IMG/VR virus record: IMGVR_UViG_3300002835_000050
Span: 50,551-114,550 of that record
DNA: 64,000 bases
Strand: one strand, 5' to 3'
From: a virus
The stretch's first letter is position 1. Every line of letters begins with the position of its first letter. Of this stretch, positions 10,050-19,863 are shown one piece after another. Under the pieces are notes generated by a model that did no database searches, was not told where the DNA came from, and was given only the letters and a program-made list of their open reading frames with translations. A program made the position numbers and the translations under genes.

Positions 10050-11057
10050 TTACAATTTTACATTACCCAATGCTAGGTCATATGGAAGATCATATCTTTT
10101 GTTATTATAATGCCATGTAACTTTTTCTATTACATGATCAAAATCAATCTTCCACTTCACTAGTGTTTCTTGAGACACTTGATAAGGATAAACTTGATTG
10201 TACTTATCAATTACTATAAAAGTAACTTCAAAGTTGTAGTCCTTAAATGCTGAGAAGTAATGCTTTGCCAGCTGTATATAAATAATGGCTTGAATCCAGT
10301 ATCTATAATACTCCACAGAATCAGGAAAATCTTGTATAGACTTACCCAGAGTCTTTAAATCATTTATAAAGATAGTTTTTGTATTGTGATCTATAACAAC
10401 ATTGTCAAGCATTCCATGATAGCCAAATGTTTGTTCACTTGGTTCGGCCTTAATAAATAACTCATTAAAAACTTCAATGGTTTTGTCATCTTCATCTTTG
10501 TCTAATTGTAACAGTGTTCTAATGTCCTGATTAGCTCTAAGCACTTCTACAGAAATTCTGCATGCTGCTAATGTTGGCTCATCAACTACTGTTTTATCTA
10601 AACTAGCTTTGAGGAATTCAAAATAATCAATGTTTTCTTGAGTTAAGATCTTGTCAATTCTTTGTTGATCAGTTTTAAGAGCTTGGTATAAGTTAACTGT
10701 AAGAAGTTGTGTAAGTATTTCTTGAGAGTAATCAGACAAATTTAATGAATTATTTCCTAATGTCAAGTGATATCTGAAAATATTATCAATAATTTTTTTT
10801 TGGCTATCCGTAGGGATCTTGCCAGGCATTGTTAAAAATTGTTTATCATAGTTCTCTTCCTCAAGTAACAAACAGTGCAGAACACGCCCTGCTACCAGGT
10901 GCGCGTCTGTACTGTCCTCTCTTTGGTTGAGCACATAATGATTGTAAAACATTACAGGGGAAAATAATAACTTATTAATCCCACTGTAACTAAAATAAAA
11001 CTTTTTCTTGTAGAAAACTTCAAGTTCATCAGAACCAGTCAATATCTGGAGTGCCAT
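10050..11057 (-). CDS. PD-(D/E)XK exonuclease (RecE/ExoVIII-like)
   Basis: FSYSGIN...GRVLHCLLLE...GMLDNVVID...DLKT...YWIQAIIY. Confidence 0.8.
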   Translation of the reverse strand: MALQILTGSDELEVFYKKKFYFSYSGINKLLFSPVMFYNHYVLNQREDSTDAHLVAGRVLHCLLLEEENYDKQFLTMPGKIPTDSQKKIIDNIFRYHLTLGNNSLNLSDYSQEILTQLLTVNLYQALKTDQQRIDKILTQENIDYFEFLKASLDKTVVDEPTLAACRISVEVLRANQDIRTLLQLDKDEDDKTIEVFNELFIKAEPSEQTFGYHGMLDNVVIDHNTKTIFINDLKTLGKSIQDFPDSVEYYRYWIQAIIYIQLAKHYFSAFKDYNFEVTFIVIDKYNQVYPYQVSQETLVKWKIDFDHVIEKVTWHYNNKRYDLPYDLALGNVKL

Positions 11058-12387
11058 TTGTGTCTATTTGATTGTTATTTAATTCAGATTCGGAAATTTC
11101 AGAAACAGCTTCTGGTTCTAATACATCTGTGTCATCTTCTTCTTCCTCTTCTAAAGTTAATGAAACTTCTATGTCTTCATTATCTACTCCATAAAGTAAA
11201 TGTGACACTTCTTCCTCACTGGCAACTTCAAAATTGTCTTCAGTTGCAAACTCAGATTCTGGAATTTCTTCTGTTATGTCTTCAATAACTTCTTCAACAG
11301 TTAGAATTTCAGATACTGGGTTTACAAAATCTTCTTGTATTCCATAAGTATAGTTACTATTAAGTTCAGCTAAAAGATCTGGAACAACAGAAATAGTTTT
11401 TACTGTAAAGAATGTGCTATCTCCTCTATTCTGGATATCTTTAGATGCATAAGTCAATAAGATATCAAGATTATCAGAAGTAAGTTGGCCTTTATCTATT
11501 AAAGAGTTTACTACTTTATCAATGTCAGTATCAAGATAGTTTTTATCTTTACCTAAATAACTAATTAAAGACTTAAAGTTGACATGAGTCTTAGTCTTTG
11601 AGCTACTAATATTATAAGCATACTTATAAAACAATAACTCTAGATAAATAAGACTTTCTGTATATTTAGAATTAGCCATGATTTCCATAGCAAGAACATG
11701 ATTATCAGTATCAGAACTATCTAACATTTCAGAAAGATGATCAAACATTACTTTGTCAATCTCAGTAGCATCTTCACCATTCAATACATTAATTACAGAA
11801 GATTCATCTAGTATAGTTTTATCTTGTAAAAATTTGTAAAGCTCTTGATACTCTTCTTTGACAATCATTAAGTTTTCACTATAACCAAAAGTCTCATCTT
11901 TAATAATTGAGTGCTCACTGTTTATCATTTCTTTTAGATTATAATCAACAGCAATGAGGTCTTCAGTATAAAATTCAAGAGATGTTTCAACCTTTTCTAT
12001 ATCATACTCATCCATTTTTGGTTTAACCAATTCAAAAAATGCTAAAAACTCTTTAATAGGACATTTATACAACCAATTTGTACTAGTCATTTCATTAAGA
12101 CTTTTCTTTGAACCAAAAAATACAGTTGCTTGATTGAAGTCTCTTACATTTTTAACATTGTGTTCAACACATACATTTTTAAACTTTACTCTAGGTACAT
12201 TTACATTTGGTAAAAAGAAAATTTTATCTCCTTTAGTTGGTGTATAAGGTATTTTATTCAAAGATAACTCATCTGAAATATCTTGTCCAAAACCTCCTAC
12301 ATGTAATTTAATACTAAATGATACGGTACCAATTTCATTTACATAGTCATATCTTGAGATTCCAGACTTTATTTGTAATATATTCAT
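11029..12387 (-). CDS. Hypothetical protein downstream of MoxR; acidic tail; carries the shared MLxSxDxDN motif
   Basis: 452-aa ORF; motif at 11677-11760. Confidence 0.75.
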   Translation of the reverse strand: MNILQIKSGISRYDYVNEIGTVSFSIKLHVGGFGQDISDELSLNKIPYTPTKGDKIFFLPNVNVPRVKFKNVCVEHNVKNVRDFNQATVFFGSKKSLNEMTSTNWLYKCPIKEFLAFFELVKPKMDEYDIEKVETSLEFYTEDLIAVDYNLKEMINSEHSIIKDETFGYSENLMIVKEEYQELYKFLQDKTILDESSVINVLNGEDATEIDKVMFDHLSEMLDSSDTDNHVLAMEIMANSKYTESLIYLELLFYKYAYNISSSKTKTHVNFKSLISYLGKDKNYLDTDIDKVVNSLIDKGQLTSDNLDILLTYASKDIQNRGDSTFFTVKTISVVPDLLAELNSNYTYGIQEDFVNPVSEILTVEEVIEDITEEIPESEFATEDNFEVASEEEVSHLLYGVDNEDIEVSLTLEEEEEDDTDVLEPEAVSEISESELNNNQIDTNGTPDIDWF

Positions 12388-12398
12388 AATTAAAAATT

Positions 12399-12422
12399 AA
12401 AAAGGGGAGTTTTACCTCCCCT
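12399..12422 (-). terminator. Intrinsic terminator
   Basis: AGGGGAG/CTCCCCT stem plus T5 on the minus strand. Confidence 0.75.
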
Positions 12423-12432
12423 GTTAAACAAT

Positions 12433-13602
12433 TTATTGTACAGCCATTTTGACTACATTAGTATTCATCATCATTTTAGAGAACTTGTTTTTGTTTCCAT
12501 TAACAATCTCTTTGACCATATAATATCTTAAGTCATTTGTAAATGCATCACAGTCAGTAGTTAACTTAACTAATCTATTAATCATTGCATCCGGTACTGG
12601 TTTAGTATCAGCATAAGTCAATGAATAATTAATCAATCTGGTAGCAATAACACTAGAGATATCTGCTCTAAAGTCATCATCTTTACCTACTGCACCTGTT
12701 AAAGCTCCCATAACATAAGCTTCATCTTTTGTAAAGGTATCTTCCGGAGATATAATTCTATCTAATTTGTTATTAATAAACATAGTAAACATACTAGAGA
12801 AATCAACACCAACTGAACCTTCACCAATCATTTGGATTAACGGAAGATCATCTTCAAACTTAGGAATAGAACTAATACCATTAAAGAAAGTAGTCACAGA
12901 TCTTGGATTAACTCTTTGAGTTACAAGTTCTGGATTCATCAACATAAAGTTAATACATCTACCATCAATCTTAGCTTGTTCTGCCCATTTAGCCCATACA
13001 TTTACATCATACTTCAACTCAACAGAAATAAATCTTGTTTTCTGAGCTACATCTAGACTAGTAACATTATAGTCACCATTGTCTGGATTAGTAGTCAAGA
13101 TAACATGCCAGTTCTTTGGTAACTTCCAAGAAACATATTCTTGTCTATCTAATATTTCCATAGTTGCTTGCATAAAGCGGTGATCAGCTCTAGTATAATC
13201 ATCTAATACTAAGAAACCACCTTCACCTTTACCTTGAATCCATTCCGGAGCAGCATGAGACATGCGTTTATCTACAATCTTAAAGCCTGCTTTTTGAGCT
13301 GCTTGAATCTGTGCTTCATTAATCCATTTAGTTTGCCCTTCAGCATTCTGGATTTGAAATTCTTTTACAGGAAAACCTACTAAATCACCTAATTCTTCTA
13401 ACTGAGATAAATTAAGTTTTACTACTTGCATGTTTAACTCTTTACCCAACTGCATAATAGCTGAAGTCTTACCAAGACCAGCATCACCTTCAATATTAAT
13501 AGCCACAGGAACTTTTCCTTCAGTCTGGATATGTTGGTTATTCTTAACCATGTGTTTAATAAAACTTTTTAATTCTTCTACATTTAATTGAACTTGACTC
13601 AT
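12433..13602 (-). CDS. MoxR-like AAA+ ATPase
   Basis: Walker A GDAGLGKT, Walker B LVLDD, sensor-1 TTNP, Arg finger KTRF, sensor-2 NPRS; adjacent to a VWA gene. Confidence 0.85.
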   Translation of the reverse strand: MSQVQLNVEELKSFIKHMVKNNQHIQTEGKVPVAINIEGDAGLGKTSAIMQLGKELNMQVVKLNLSQLEELGDLVGFPVKEFQIQNAEGQTKWINEAQIQAAQKAGFKIVDKRMSHAAPEWIQGKGEGGFLVLDDYTRADHRFMQATMEILDRQEYVSWKLPKNWHVILTTNPDNGDYNVTSLDVAQKTRFISVELKYDVNVWAKWAEQAKIDGRCINFMLMNPELVTQRVNPRSVTTFFNGISSIPKFEDDLPLIQMIGEGSVGVDFSSMFTMFINNKLDRIISPEDTFTKDEAYVMGALTGAVGKDDDFRADISSVIATRLINYSLTYADTKPVPDAMINRLVKLTTDCDAFTNDLRYYMVKEIVNGNKNKFSKMMMNTNVVKMAVQ

Positions 13603-13613
13603 AATTCTTTTTT

Positions 13614-14927
13614 TTATAATTCTAACTTAATAACTTTACCCGGAAGATCATTATTCATTTCTGATCTTTCTGATATAACCCATAGGACATTACCTTTAGG
13701 TCTAACTGAAGCATCACATTCACCATCTGTAAAATATACTAGACTGGTAAACTCTCTCTGATGTTCATTATAATATTCTAAGACAGGATCAAATTGTGTT
13801 CCTCCTCTACCATGAACTTCAAGTTCATTCTTTCCTTTATAAGATTCAATACTACGGATACTAGTATCACACTGTATTATAGTAATATCTACTCCTGCTT
13901 TATAAATATGATGTATCTCAGACATAAACTCAGTCAATTCATCATTACTTACAGAACCTGAAGTATCAATAGCTAATAGCATGTGTTGTTTCATCTTTAT
14001 CTTAAGACCTGGATTGTCAGAGAATCTTCTATTCTCTTTTCTTCTAATCTTTTTAGTATAAACTTTTGAACTAACACCGGTAAATCTTCTGATATATCCG
14101 CGCCAATCAAATTTAGCTGCAGTAATTTCATCTAATTTAATAACACCATCAATCTCACCAGGTATAGTACCTCTTTTCTTTATAGTTTGATCTTTAGCAT
14201 CAGATAAAACTTTTTGCAATTGCTTTTCAATTAACTTTTGCTCAGCTTCAGTAAGATTCTCAAAGTCTTCCCATGTACTATGATCAGGCATTCCATCATT
14301 ATCTCCTTGATCCATTTGATCACATAGAGCATCAAAATTAGAATCACCTGAAGTACCAGTTTGATCTTTCTTATCCTTAGCTTCTCTTAGCTTATCATAA
14401 TAATAATTAGCACCTGCTTTAATATCTAGATTTAGATCAGCATAATCTTCTAACATTACACCTCTTGGCGGAAGTTTATCAGCAATTGCTTTTAGTTCCT
14501 CTAGTGTAGCATTATTTTCTTTAGCATATTCTAATTCAAGCTGTACAGCTGTTTTAAGAGCATTAAAACCATCAGCTGATAACTCGGCTCCTGGAAGCCA
14601 TGTTCTATCAATATACTGATTGATTTCCATATCCATAGCAATGTTTGCTAGTCTCTTATCTGAATACTTAAAGTATGTAGTAAGATGACCAAATGCAATA
14701 TGCAATAATTCATGTTTAAGTAGACCTAGTCTATGTTCTTCACTAAGACTCATCCAAAATGTTTCATTTATACATAACTGATAATTGATACCATTTTTAC
14801 TTACACCAGCTGTTGGGACTCTTTTGTCATCCCATAGCTTGTTTAACATAATGAGAAAGAACCCGTAATAGGGCTCTTTCAACATTAAATCTTTACATAT
14901 TTTACTAAGACTTTGTTGTTTAGTCAT
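13614..14927 (-). CDS. Metallopeptidase + VWA domain protein (DUF2201-like)
   Basis: HELLH zincin motif; MIDAS DTSGS, GGT, FTDG. Confidence 0.85.
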   Translation of the reverse strand: MTKQQSLSKICKDLMLKEPYYGFFLIMLNKLWDDKRVPTAGVSKNGINYQLCINETFWMSLSEEHRLGLLKHELLHIAFGHLTTYFKYSDKRLANIAMDMEINQYIDRTWLPGAELSADGFNALKTAVQLELEYAKENNATLEELKAIADKLPPRGVMLEDYADLNLDIKAGANYYYDKLREAKDKKDQTGTSGDSNFDALCDQMDQGDNDGMPDHSTWEDFENLTEAEQKLIEKQLQKVLSDAKDQTIKKRGTIPGEIDGVIKLDEITAAKFDWRGYIRRFTGVSSKVYTKKIRRKENRRFSDNPGLKIKMKQHMLLAIDTSGSVSNDELTEFMSEIHHIYKAGVDITIIQCDTSIRSIESYKGKNELEVHGRGGTQFDPVLEYYNEHQREFTSLVYFTDGECDASVRPKGNVLWVISERSEMNNDLPGKVIKLEL

Positions 14928-15330
14928 TTCCTTTTAGTTTAATGGAAACTTCAAATTTCTCAGCTGGATAACCCATCTGACCTAAGAAGCCAATCATATT
15001 TTCAGTAAACAATTCCATGAAAAGTTCAATAGATTGATTACTAGCTTTACCTTCTGTCATTGCTGATAGACAAGAACCAGTGCTTAACTCAGCACCTTCT
15101 TCTTTAGTAAATTTAGTTACAGCATTTCTAATTGCTATTTCACAAGTAGGACATGCTGTTTCCCATTCTTTTATAGATAACTTACCATATTTATATAATA
15201 CAATAAGTTCACCTAAATATTTTTCTGTGTCAACTCCTTTAAGAGCTTCAAATGCCACCACAGCATTTTCATTATCTGTAGAACGTAACATGTTCAACAG
15301 GTTCTTTGTTTCTTCTTTGCTAAAAATCAT
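14920..15330 (-). CDS. Hypothetical protein with N-terminal MLxSxDxEN motif
   Basis: ORF overlaps the start of the VWA gene. Confidence 0.7.
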   Translation of the reverse strand: MIFSKEETKNLLNMLRSTDNENAVVAFEALKGVDTEKYLGELIVLYKYGKLSIKEWETACPTCEIAIRNAVTKFTKEEGAELSTGSCLSAMTEGKASNQSIELFMELFTENMIGFLGQMGYPAEKFEVSIKLKGND

Positions 15331-15331
15331 A

Positions 15332-15454
15332 TCATTTAATATTTAAAAAGGTAATCAAATCTTGAACTTTTTCCATTATCTCATCTTTAAGTTCATCTGT
15401 AAGTGTTTGTAATTCTAAATTGTACAACCACTCATTAAATTCATCTTCTGTCAT
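15332..15454 (-). CDS. Small acidic protein (40 aa)
   Basis: MTEDEFNEWLYNLELQTLTDELKDEIMEKVQDLITFLNIK; TGATG coupling with the upstream gene. Confidence 0.6.
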   Translation of the reverse strand: MTEDEFNEWLYNLELQTLTDELKDEIMEKVQDLITFLNIK

Positions 15455-15795
15455 CAGTCTTCAATTTTAAGTGTTTTAATCATCCATTCTGTGGGTGTAT
15501 TAATATTATCCACCCATTCTTTTGCACTTGGAATATATCCATTGCAATCTTCTTTTACATGTTGTTCTCCAACATATCTTATGTAGACTCTTTTGCCTAC
15601 AGAATTTACAAAATAAGTACCAAAAGTTTTTTCACATTCAAATATACCCTCACTATGATGACGGAACATTCTATGTTTACTGTGACCAATCCAGGCCTTT
15701 GTAGCATCAAACCATTCATGAATATGCATATATTCTGATGGTTCACCACCCCATTTACGGGCACTGCTTCTACTATGATCATATGGGTGTGACAT
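15454..15795 (-). CDS. DUF6915-like His-rich protein
   Basis: HPYDHSRSSARKWGG...IHEWFD...HRMFRHHSEG...EQHVKED. Confidence 0.7.
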   Translation of the reverse strand: MSHPYDHSRSSARKWGGEPSEYMHIHEWFDATKAWIGHSKHRMFRHHSEGIFECEKTFGTYFVNSVGKRVYIRYVGEQHVKEDCNGYIPSAKEWVDNINTPTEWMIKTLKIED

Positions 15796-15796
15796 A

Positions 15797-16054
15797 TTAC
15801 AAATTTTTAAATTCTTTTTCTAGATCTAATATCTCCAAAGTAATACTGTCATATTCTTTTTTAATTAGATCATCTATACCTTCTTTATCATATAAAGACA
15901 CTTCATTTTTTCTAGAAAAAGATCCCGTTGAATAATTTACTACTGCTGATATAGAACAAGATTTTAGAGCATTTTCAAGTCCTCTCTGTCTAAATTTAAG
16001 AGTATTAATCTTTTCTTGTAATTCTTTAGCTTCTTTAAATTTTAATTCATCCAT
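15797..16054 (-). CDS. Hypothetical protein
   Basis: ORF in operon. Confidence 0.6.
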   Translation of the reverse strand: MDELKFKEAKELQEKINTLKFRQRGLENALKSCSISAVVNYSTGSFSRKNEVSLYDKEGIDDLIKKEYDSITLEILDLEKEFKNL

Positions 16055-16478
16055 TATAGTCTAAAGTTTGATTAATTAAATTACCAGCATGAGTATAGTG
16101 CTCTGTATTAGTAATATAAACTGAGTTATCAATTGTATATTTACCAGAAGGAACAAGAATAGACAACACACCATAACCTCCATCATTGTTCCACCAATCC
16201 TCAATATCACCAAGAATTTTATCATTGGCAAAATCTTCAATATCTGAATAAATTCCACTATCAAGATCACTTAAATTTGGAGCTGCGTCATGTCCATATG
16301 TAGGTAATTCTGAAATATAATCAAATGCTATTTCTTCATCTTTATCTAAAGTTTGAGTAGTATACATAATACTGTCAATACATCCTGAATCACCACCACC
16401 AGAATATTCTACTCTAATACCGGTCACACCACGGTCAGCCAACTGTAATAGAAGGCCTGTCATATCAATTTCTGTCAT
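16047..16478 (-). CDS. DUF6878-like acidic protein
   Basis: VEYSGGGDSGCID...DWWNNDGGYG. Confidence 0.65.
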   Translation of the reverse strand: MTEIDMTGLLLQLADRGVTGIRVEYSGGGDSGCIDSIMYTTQTLDKDEEIAFDYISELPTYGHDAAPNLSDLDSGIYSDIEDFANDKILGDIEDWWNNDGGYGVLSILVPSGKYTIDNSVYITNTEHYTHAGNLINQTLDYNG

Positions 16479-16690
16479 AATTTTGCTTTTTGTATAAAAT
16501 ATTTTGCTACTTCAGGAATGTGTTTCTTGTAATAAGGTTGATTATCCTTACACCAAGTTTTTACTTCCTCTTTACTCTTAAATGGCTTTTGCCAAGAGTT
16601 ATTATTCATAATCATATTAAATGTTGGTTCTAGCTCATCAATAAATGCTTGAACTGTCCAACCTTCCCTGATATGTCTGTCATTACTCAT
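16475..16690 (-). CDS. Hypothetical protein
   Basis: Likely start MSNDRHIREGW. Confidence 0.6.
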   Translation of the reverse strand: MSNDRHIREGWTVQAFIDELEPTFNMIMNNNSWQKPFKSKEEVKTWCKDNQPYYKKHIPEVAKYFIQKAKL

Positions 16691-16691
16691 A

Positions 16692-17117
16692 TTATTTTGT
16701 TTTAAAAAAGCGTCCCAAGATATTCCCATTAAGGAATCCTTCTTTTTCAAGCACTTCATATTTAAACTGGTGCTTTACTTCTTGATAAGTCAATTCCATT
16801 GCTGAGTAGCAAATCATTAGAATTTCCCTTTTAATTACAACACCTGCTTTGTGAGCATCTTTAAGAGTTTTATTACTACTATAGTATTTCATAAAGTCAG
16901 GTCTAAGTTCCCGGGTGTATTTCTTTAACCTCTTGTCAGTAGACATAGCCAAAGCTTTCTTACCCATAGGTTTTTTTATATTAGCAAAGAAGTTCTTCTT
17001 GCCAATGTATGCAACAGACTTACCATCAATGATAGCAGTCATAATGTAAATGAATCCAATACCTCCTTCTGGAATACAGGAATCATCAAACTCTTTACCT
17101 TTATATATCCAACTCAT
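16692..17117 (-). CDS. GIY-YIG family nuclease
   Basis: GFIY...YIGKK...YYSS...REIL...E...N. Confidence 0.75.
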   Translation of the reverse strand: MSWIYKGKEFDDSCIPEGGIGFIYIMTAIIDGKSVAYIGKKNFFANIKKPMGKKALAMSTDKRLKKYTRELRPDFMKYYSSNKTLKDAHKAGVVIKREILMICYSAMELTYQEVKHQFKYEVLEKEGFLNGNILGRFFKTK

Positions 17118-17389
17118 ACATATTTTATAGTTAAATGATAAACATCTATTCTTAATCTTAACTCCATGTTCTCTAACTCAAATATTGCAAGCTTTTTATT
17201 TAACTCTTCAACTTGTTCTTCAAGAAGTTCATTTTGTTCTCCAAGAGTTTCAATTTGATCTTTTAAATCACCAATTTCAGTATTTACATCTTCTAATTCT
17301 CTTTCAATTTTTTCTCTTAGATTATCAAATTCATATCTTGCAGAAGAGATATGATCTTCTAAATCATTCATTGATTTTTCTAAACTCAT
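17114..17389 (-). CDS. Coiled-coil hypothetical protein
   Basis: Heptad-rich acidic ORF. Confidence 0.6.
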   Translation of the reverse strand: MSLEKSMNDLEDHISSARYEFDNLREKIERELEDVNTEIGDLKDQIETLGEQNELLEEQVEELNKKLAIFELENMELRLRIDVYHLTIKYV

Positions 17390-18369
17390 AATGCTTGTTT
17401 TAATAGTGGAAATAATTTATCTCTTACAGCTTCAACACCATAGTCTTTTACAGAATCTGATAGATCTTTAGACATGTCAAGTACTACAAAGTTAAAACCA
17501 TACTTGTCTTTATATCTCTGAGCAGCTTTTATGCCAGGCTCATCATTATCAAACAGTACAATGATTTTATCATAGTGTGGTATTAGTTTACTCATTACAG
17601 ATTCTCCAATCATAGTATTTTCACTATCCGGAGCAATACATTCTACATTACTAATACCAAGCTTTCTAAAACACATAAGATCTTTAAGTGATGATGTAAT
17701 TACTAAGTACTTACAATTATACTGTAATTGATCTATTCCCTGAACATAATTTTGAACTTTAATAAACTTCTTATTTATATTCTTAGGCATGTAGATTTTA
17801 TACAGTTCACCATCATCTCTAAAATAACCATATAAGAAAGGTTTATTAAATGCAAATGAAGTCATAGAGCTATCTTCTTCTTTTTTCTCCATAGTAAAAT
17901 ATGCCAAAGGTGCCACATTATATGTTGTCAAAAGTGTAGAGCTAATCTTAAAGCTTGTCCAAAAAATAGAATCTAAGTTAGTCCAGTGTCTCATTTCATA
18001 ATCAACTACTTTGAACTTATCATGGAATTTAAACTCTGTTTTAGGTTGTACATTATGATTTAGAACATAGTCTTGATAATCATTTATTATTTTACTAACA
18101 GCATTTCCTCTTTCAGGTAAGTTAAACAATAACTTTACTAATTGTATGTTATCTCCCTGATAACCAGATGAAAAATCCTTAAACTTATAAATCATATTGT
18201 TACTATCCATGTAAATAAACATAGATGGTATCTTATCTTTAGAATTAAATGCAGAAAGTATTTTAATATCTTGACCTAAAAGTTTTTCCTTTAAGTTTAA
18301 ATAATATTCAAAAGGCCATTCTATAGGCACCTGAGAAAGTTTAGATATTATATTCTTAGTTGAAATCAT
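17386..18369 (-). CDS. DNA primase (TOPRIM)
   Basis: YKFKDFSSG, ITSSLKDLMC, APDSEN, LFDNDEPG; likely start MISTKN. Confidence 0.8.
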   Translation of the reverse strand: MISTKNIISKLSQVPIEWPFEYYLNLKEKLLGQDIKILSAFNSKDKIPSMFIYMDSNNMIYKFKDFSSGYQGDNIQLVKLLFNLPERGNAVSKIINDYQDYVLNHNVQPKTEFKFHDKFKVVDYEMRHWTNLDSIFWTSFKISSTLLTTYNVAPLAYFTMEKKEEDSSMTSFAFNKPFLYGYFRDDGELYKIYMPKNINKKFIKVQNYVQGIDQLQYNCKYLVITSSLKDLMCFRKLGISNVECIAPDSENTMIGESVMSKLIPHYDKIIVLFDNDEPGIKAAQRYKDKYGFNFVVLDMSKDLSDSVKDYGVEAVRDKLFPLLKQAL

Positions 18370-18384
18370 AATCAGATAATTAAA

Positions 18385-18422
18385 AATTAATGGGGACACC
18401 TTATCTGACATCCCCATTAATT
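18385..18422 (-). terminator. Hairpin/terminator after the SSB-like gene
   Basis: AATTAATGGGGA/TCCCCATTAATT 12-bp inverted repeat. Confidence 0.7.
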
Positions 18423-18430
18423 AATTAAAA

Positions 18431-19117
18431 TTAATCTAGAGAGAAATCAGAAGATGTTTTAGATGGGATAGATAAATTATCATCATCATCACCAAATTTA
18501 TTTACTTCTTTTACTTCAGCTTTTTTCAAGTGAAGAGCCTCATTGTAAGTCATTAGTTTATCACCTTCAGTTTCAGTGTAAACATAAGTACCTCTATCAG
18601 CTTTTGGTAAATACATATCATAATTAGTATAACCTGTTTTACCAACATACTCTTTACCTGCAATACAGAAATCAAGATAGATATCTTTGTAGACACCACT
18701 TTTATTAAATGCACTTACAAAGTCTTCAATAGTATCATGTTTACCATCTTGAGATGTGAACCAATCACTTACTCCTAATGCTTTAGATAAGTTTTGTAAG
18801 AAGATTAAAACTGATCTATCTCTTTGGATCTTGATACCAGTTTTAGTCTCACCGTCTGCAAATGCATACTGACTTGCTTTGATTCTACCAATTTGACCAG
18901 CATAATGACCTTTACTTGCATCATCTTTGTCAATCATGAAACCTTCAAATCCTTCTAAAGGTTCTGTTTCTACATTTAATATCATGTGTTTTGCACCATC
19001 AATAAATGTAAAGTCTTCCAAGACAATACTGTTAATTTTTAAAGTGTGATTACCTGGTGCAATTGTTTTTGCCATTCCTGATCCACCTGTTCCTAAGTCT
19101 GTTGTACTTAAAGCCAT
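18431..19117 (-). CDS. Putative single-stranded DNA-binding protein
   Basis: Lies between AAA_24 ATPase and primase; PGNHTLKI N-terminus; acidic/aromatic C-tail. Confidence 0.55.
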   Translation of the reverse strand: MALSTTDLGTGGSGMAKTIAPGNHTLKINSIVLEDFTFIDGAKHMILNVETEPLEGFEGFMIDKDDASKGHYAGQIGRIKASQYAFADGETKTGIKIQRDRSVLIFLQNLSKALGVSDWFTSQDGKHDTIEDFVSAFNKSGVYKDIYLDFCIAGKEYVGKTGYTNYDMYLPKADRGTYVYTETEGDKLMTYNEALHLKKAEVKEVNKFGDDDDNLSIPSKTSSDFSLD

Positions 19118-19140
19118 TTTGTTTTATTTTTTATTTGTTA

Positions 19141-19863
19141 TTATACATAAATTTTGTCCCAGTGAAACTCTAGTTCACCTTTTTCATTCAATTCAGAAAC
19201 TACAATTTCTTCATTAGTTAAATGCTTTGGTCTTGCACCACAAGTCACTTCTTCACTAGTCTTAAATGATAGAATAGTTTTGTTACCTTTTCTATACATA
19301 TAACCTATTGCATCTGCATTAGCACAGATTAAAGATTTAATTTTACCTGTCAAATCAATGTTTGCAGCTAATACCATCTCTCCCTTATCATCTATTTGCT
19401 TGTCTTTAATGTGACCTGCTAAAATAATATGGGGTGCTAAGGTATCAATAAAATCTAAAACTTGAAAGAAAGCTTGTCTTAAATATAAATATCCTGCACC
19501 ATTAGGTAATGATAAGACATTGTCTCCATCATAATTTTTACCCATGCTGGTTTGTTTATATAACTTTACGGCAAGAGGACCAACCATATCTTCTAAGGCT
19601 GTTACAGTATCAATAGTAACATACTTATATGGTTTACCTGCTTCTTTGATAGCTTTACCAGCTTCAAGTAATTCTTGTAATGAGCTTACTTGAATTTTTA
19701 AAGCATCTACATAATTAGAACCTTCTTCTAAATCAATAATAAGATTATTATCTAAACCTGCAAATGCGGTAGTTTTACCAGTTTTTGGCTTAGAATAAAT
19801 AATTAATCTTTTAGGATTAGTTGATTCTGATTTTACTTTTGTTGTTGGAAGTACTATACTCAT
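19141..19863 (-). CDS. AAA_24/Sak4-like ATPase
   Basis: YSKPKTGKTT, DLEEG, IDTVT, GAGY, DAIGY. Confidence 0.8.
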   Translation of the reverse strand: MSIVLPTTKVKSESTNPKRLIIYSKPKTGKTTAFAGLDNNLIIDLEEGSNYVDALKIQVSSLQELLEAGKAIKEAGKPYKYVTIDTVTALEDMVGPLAVKLYKQTSMGKNYDGDNVLSLPNGAGYLYLRQAFFQVLDFIDTLAPHIILAGHIKDKQIDDKGEMVLAANIDLTGKIKSLICANADAIGYMYRKGNKTILSFKTSEEVTCGARPKHLTNEEIVVSELNEKGELEFHWDKIYV

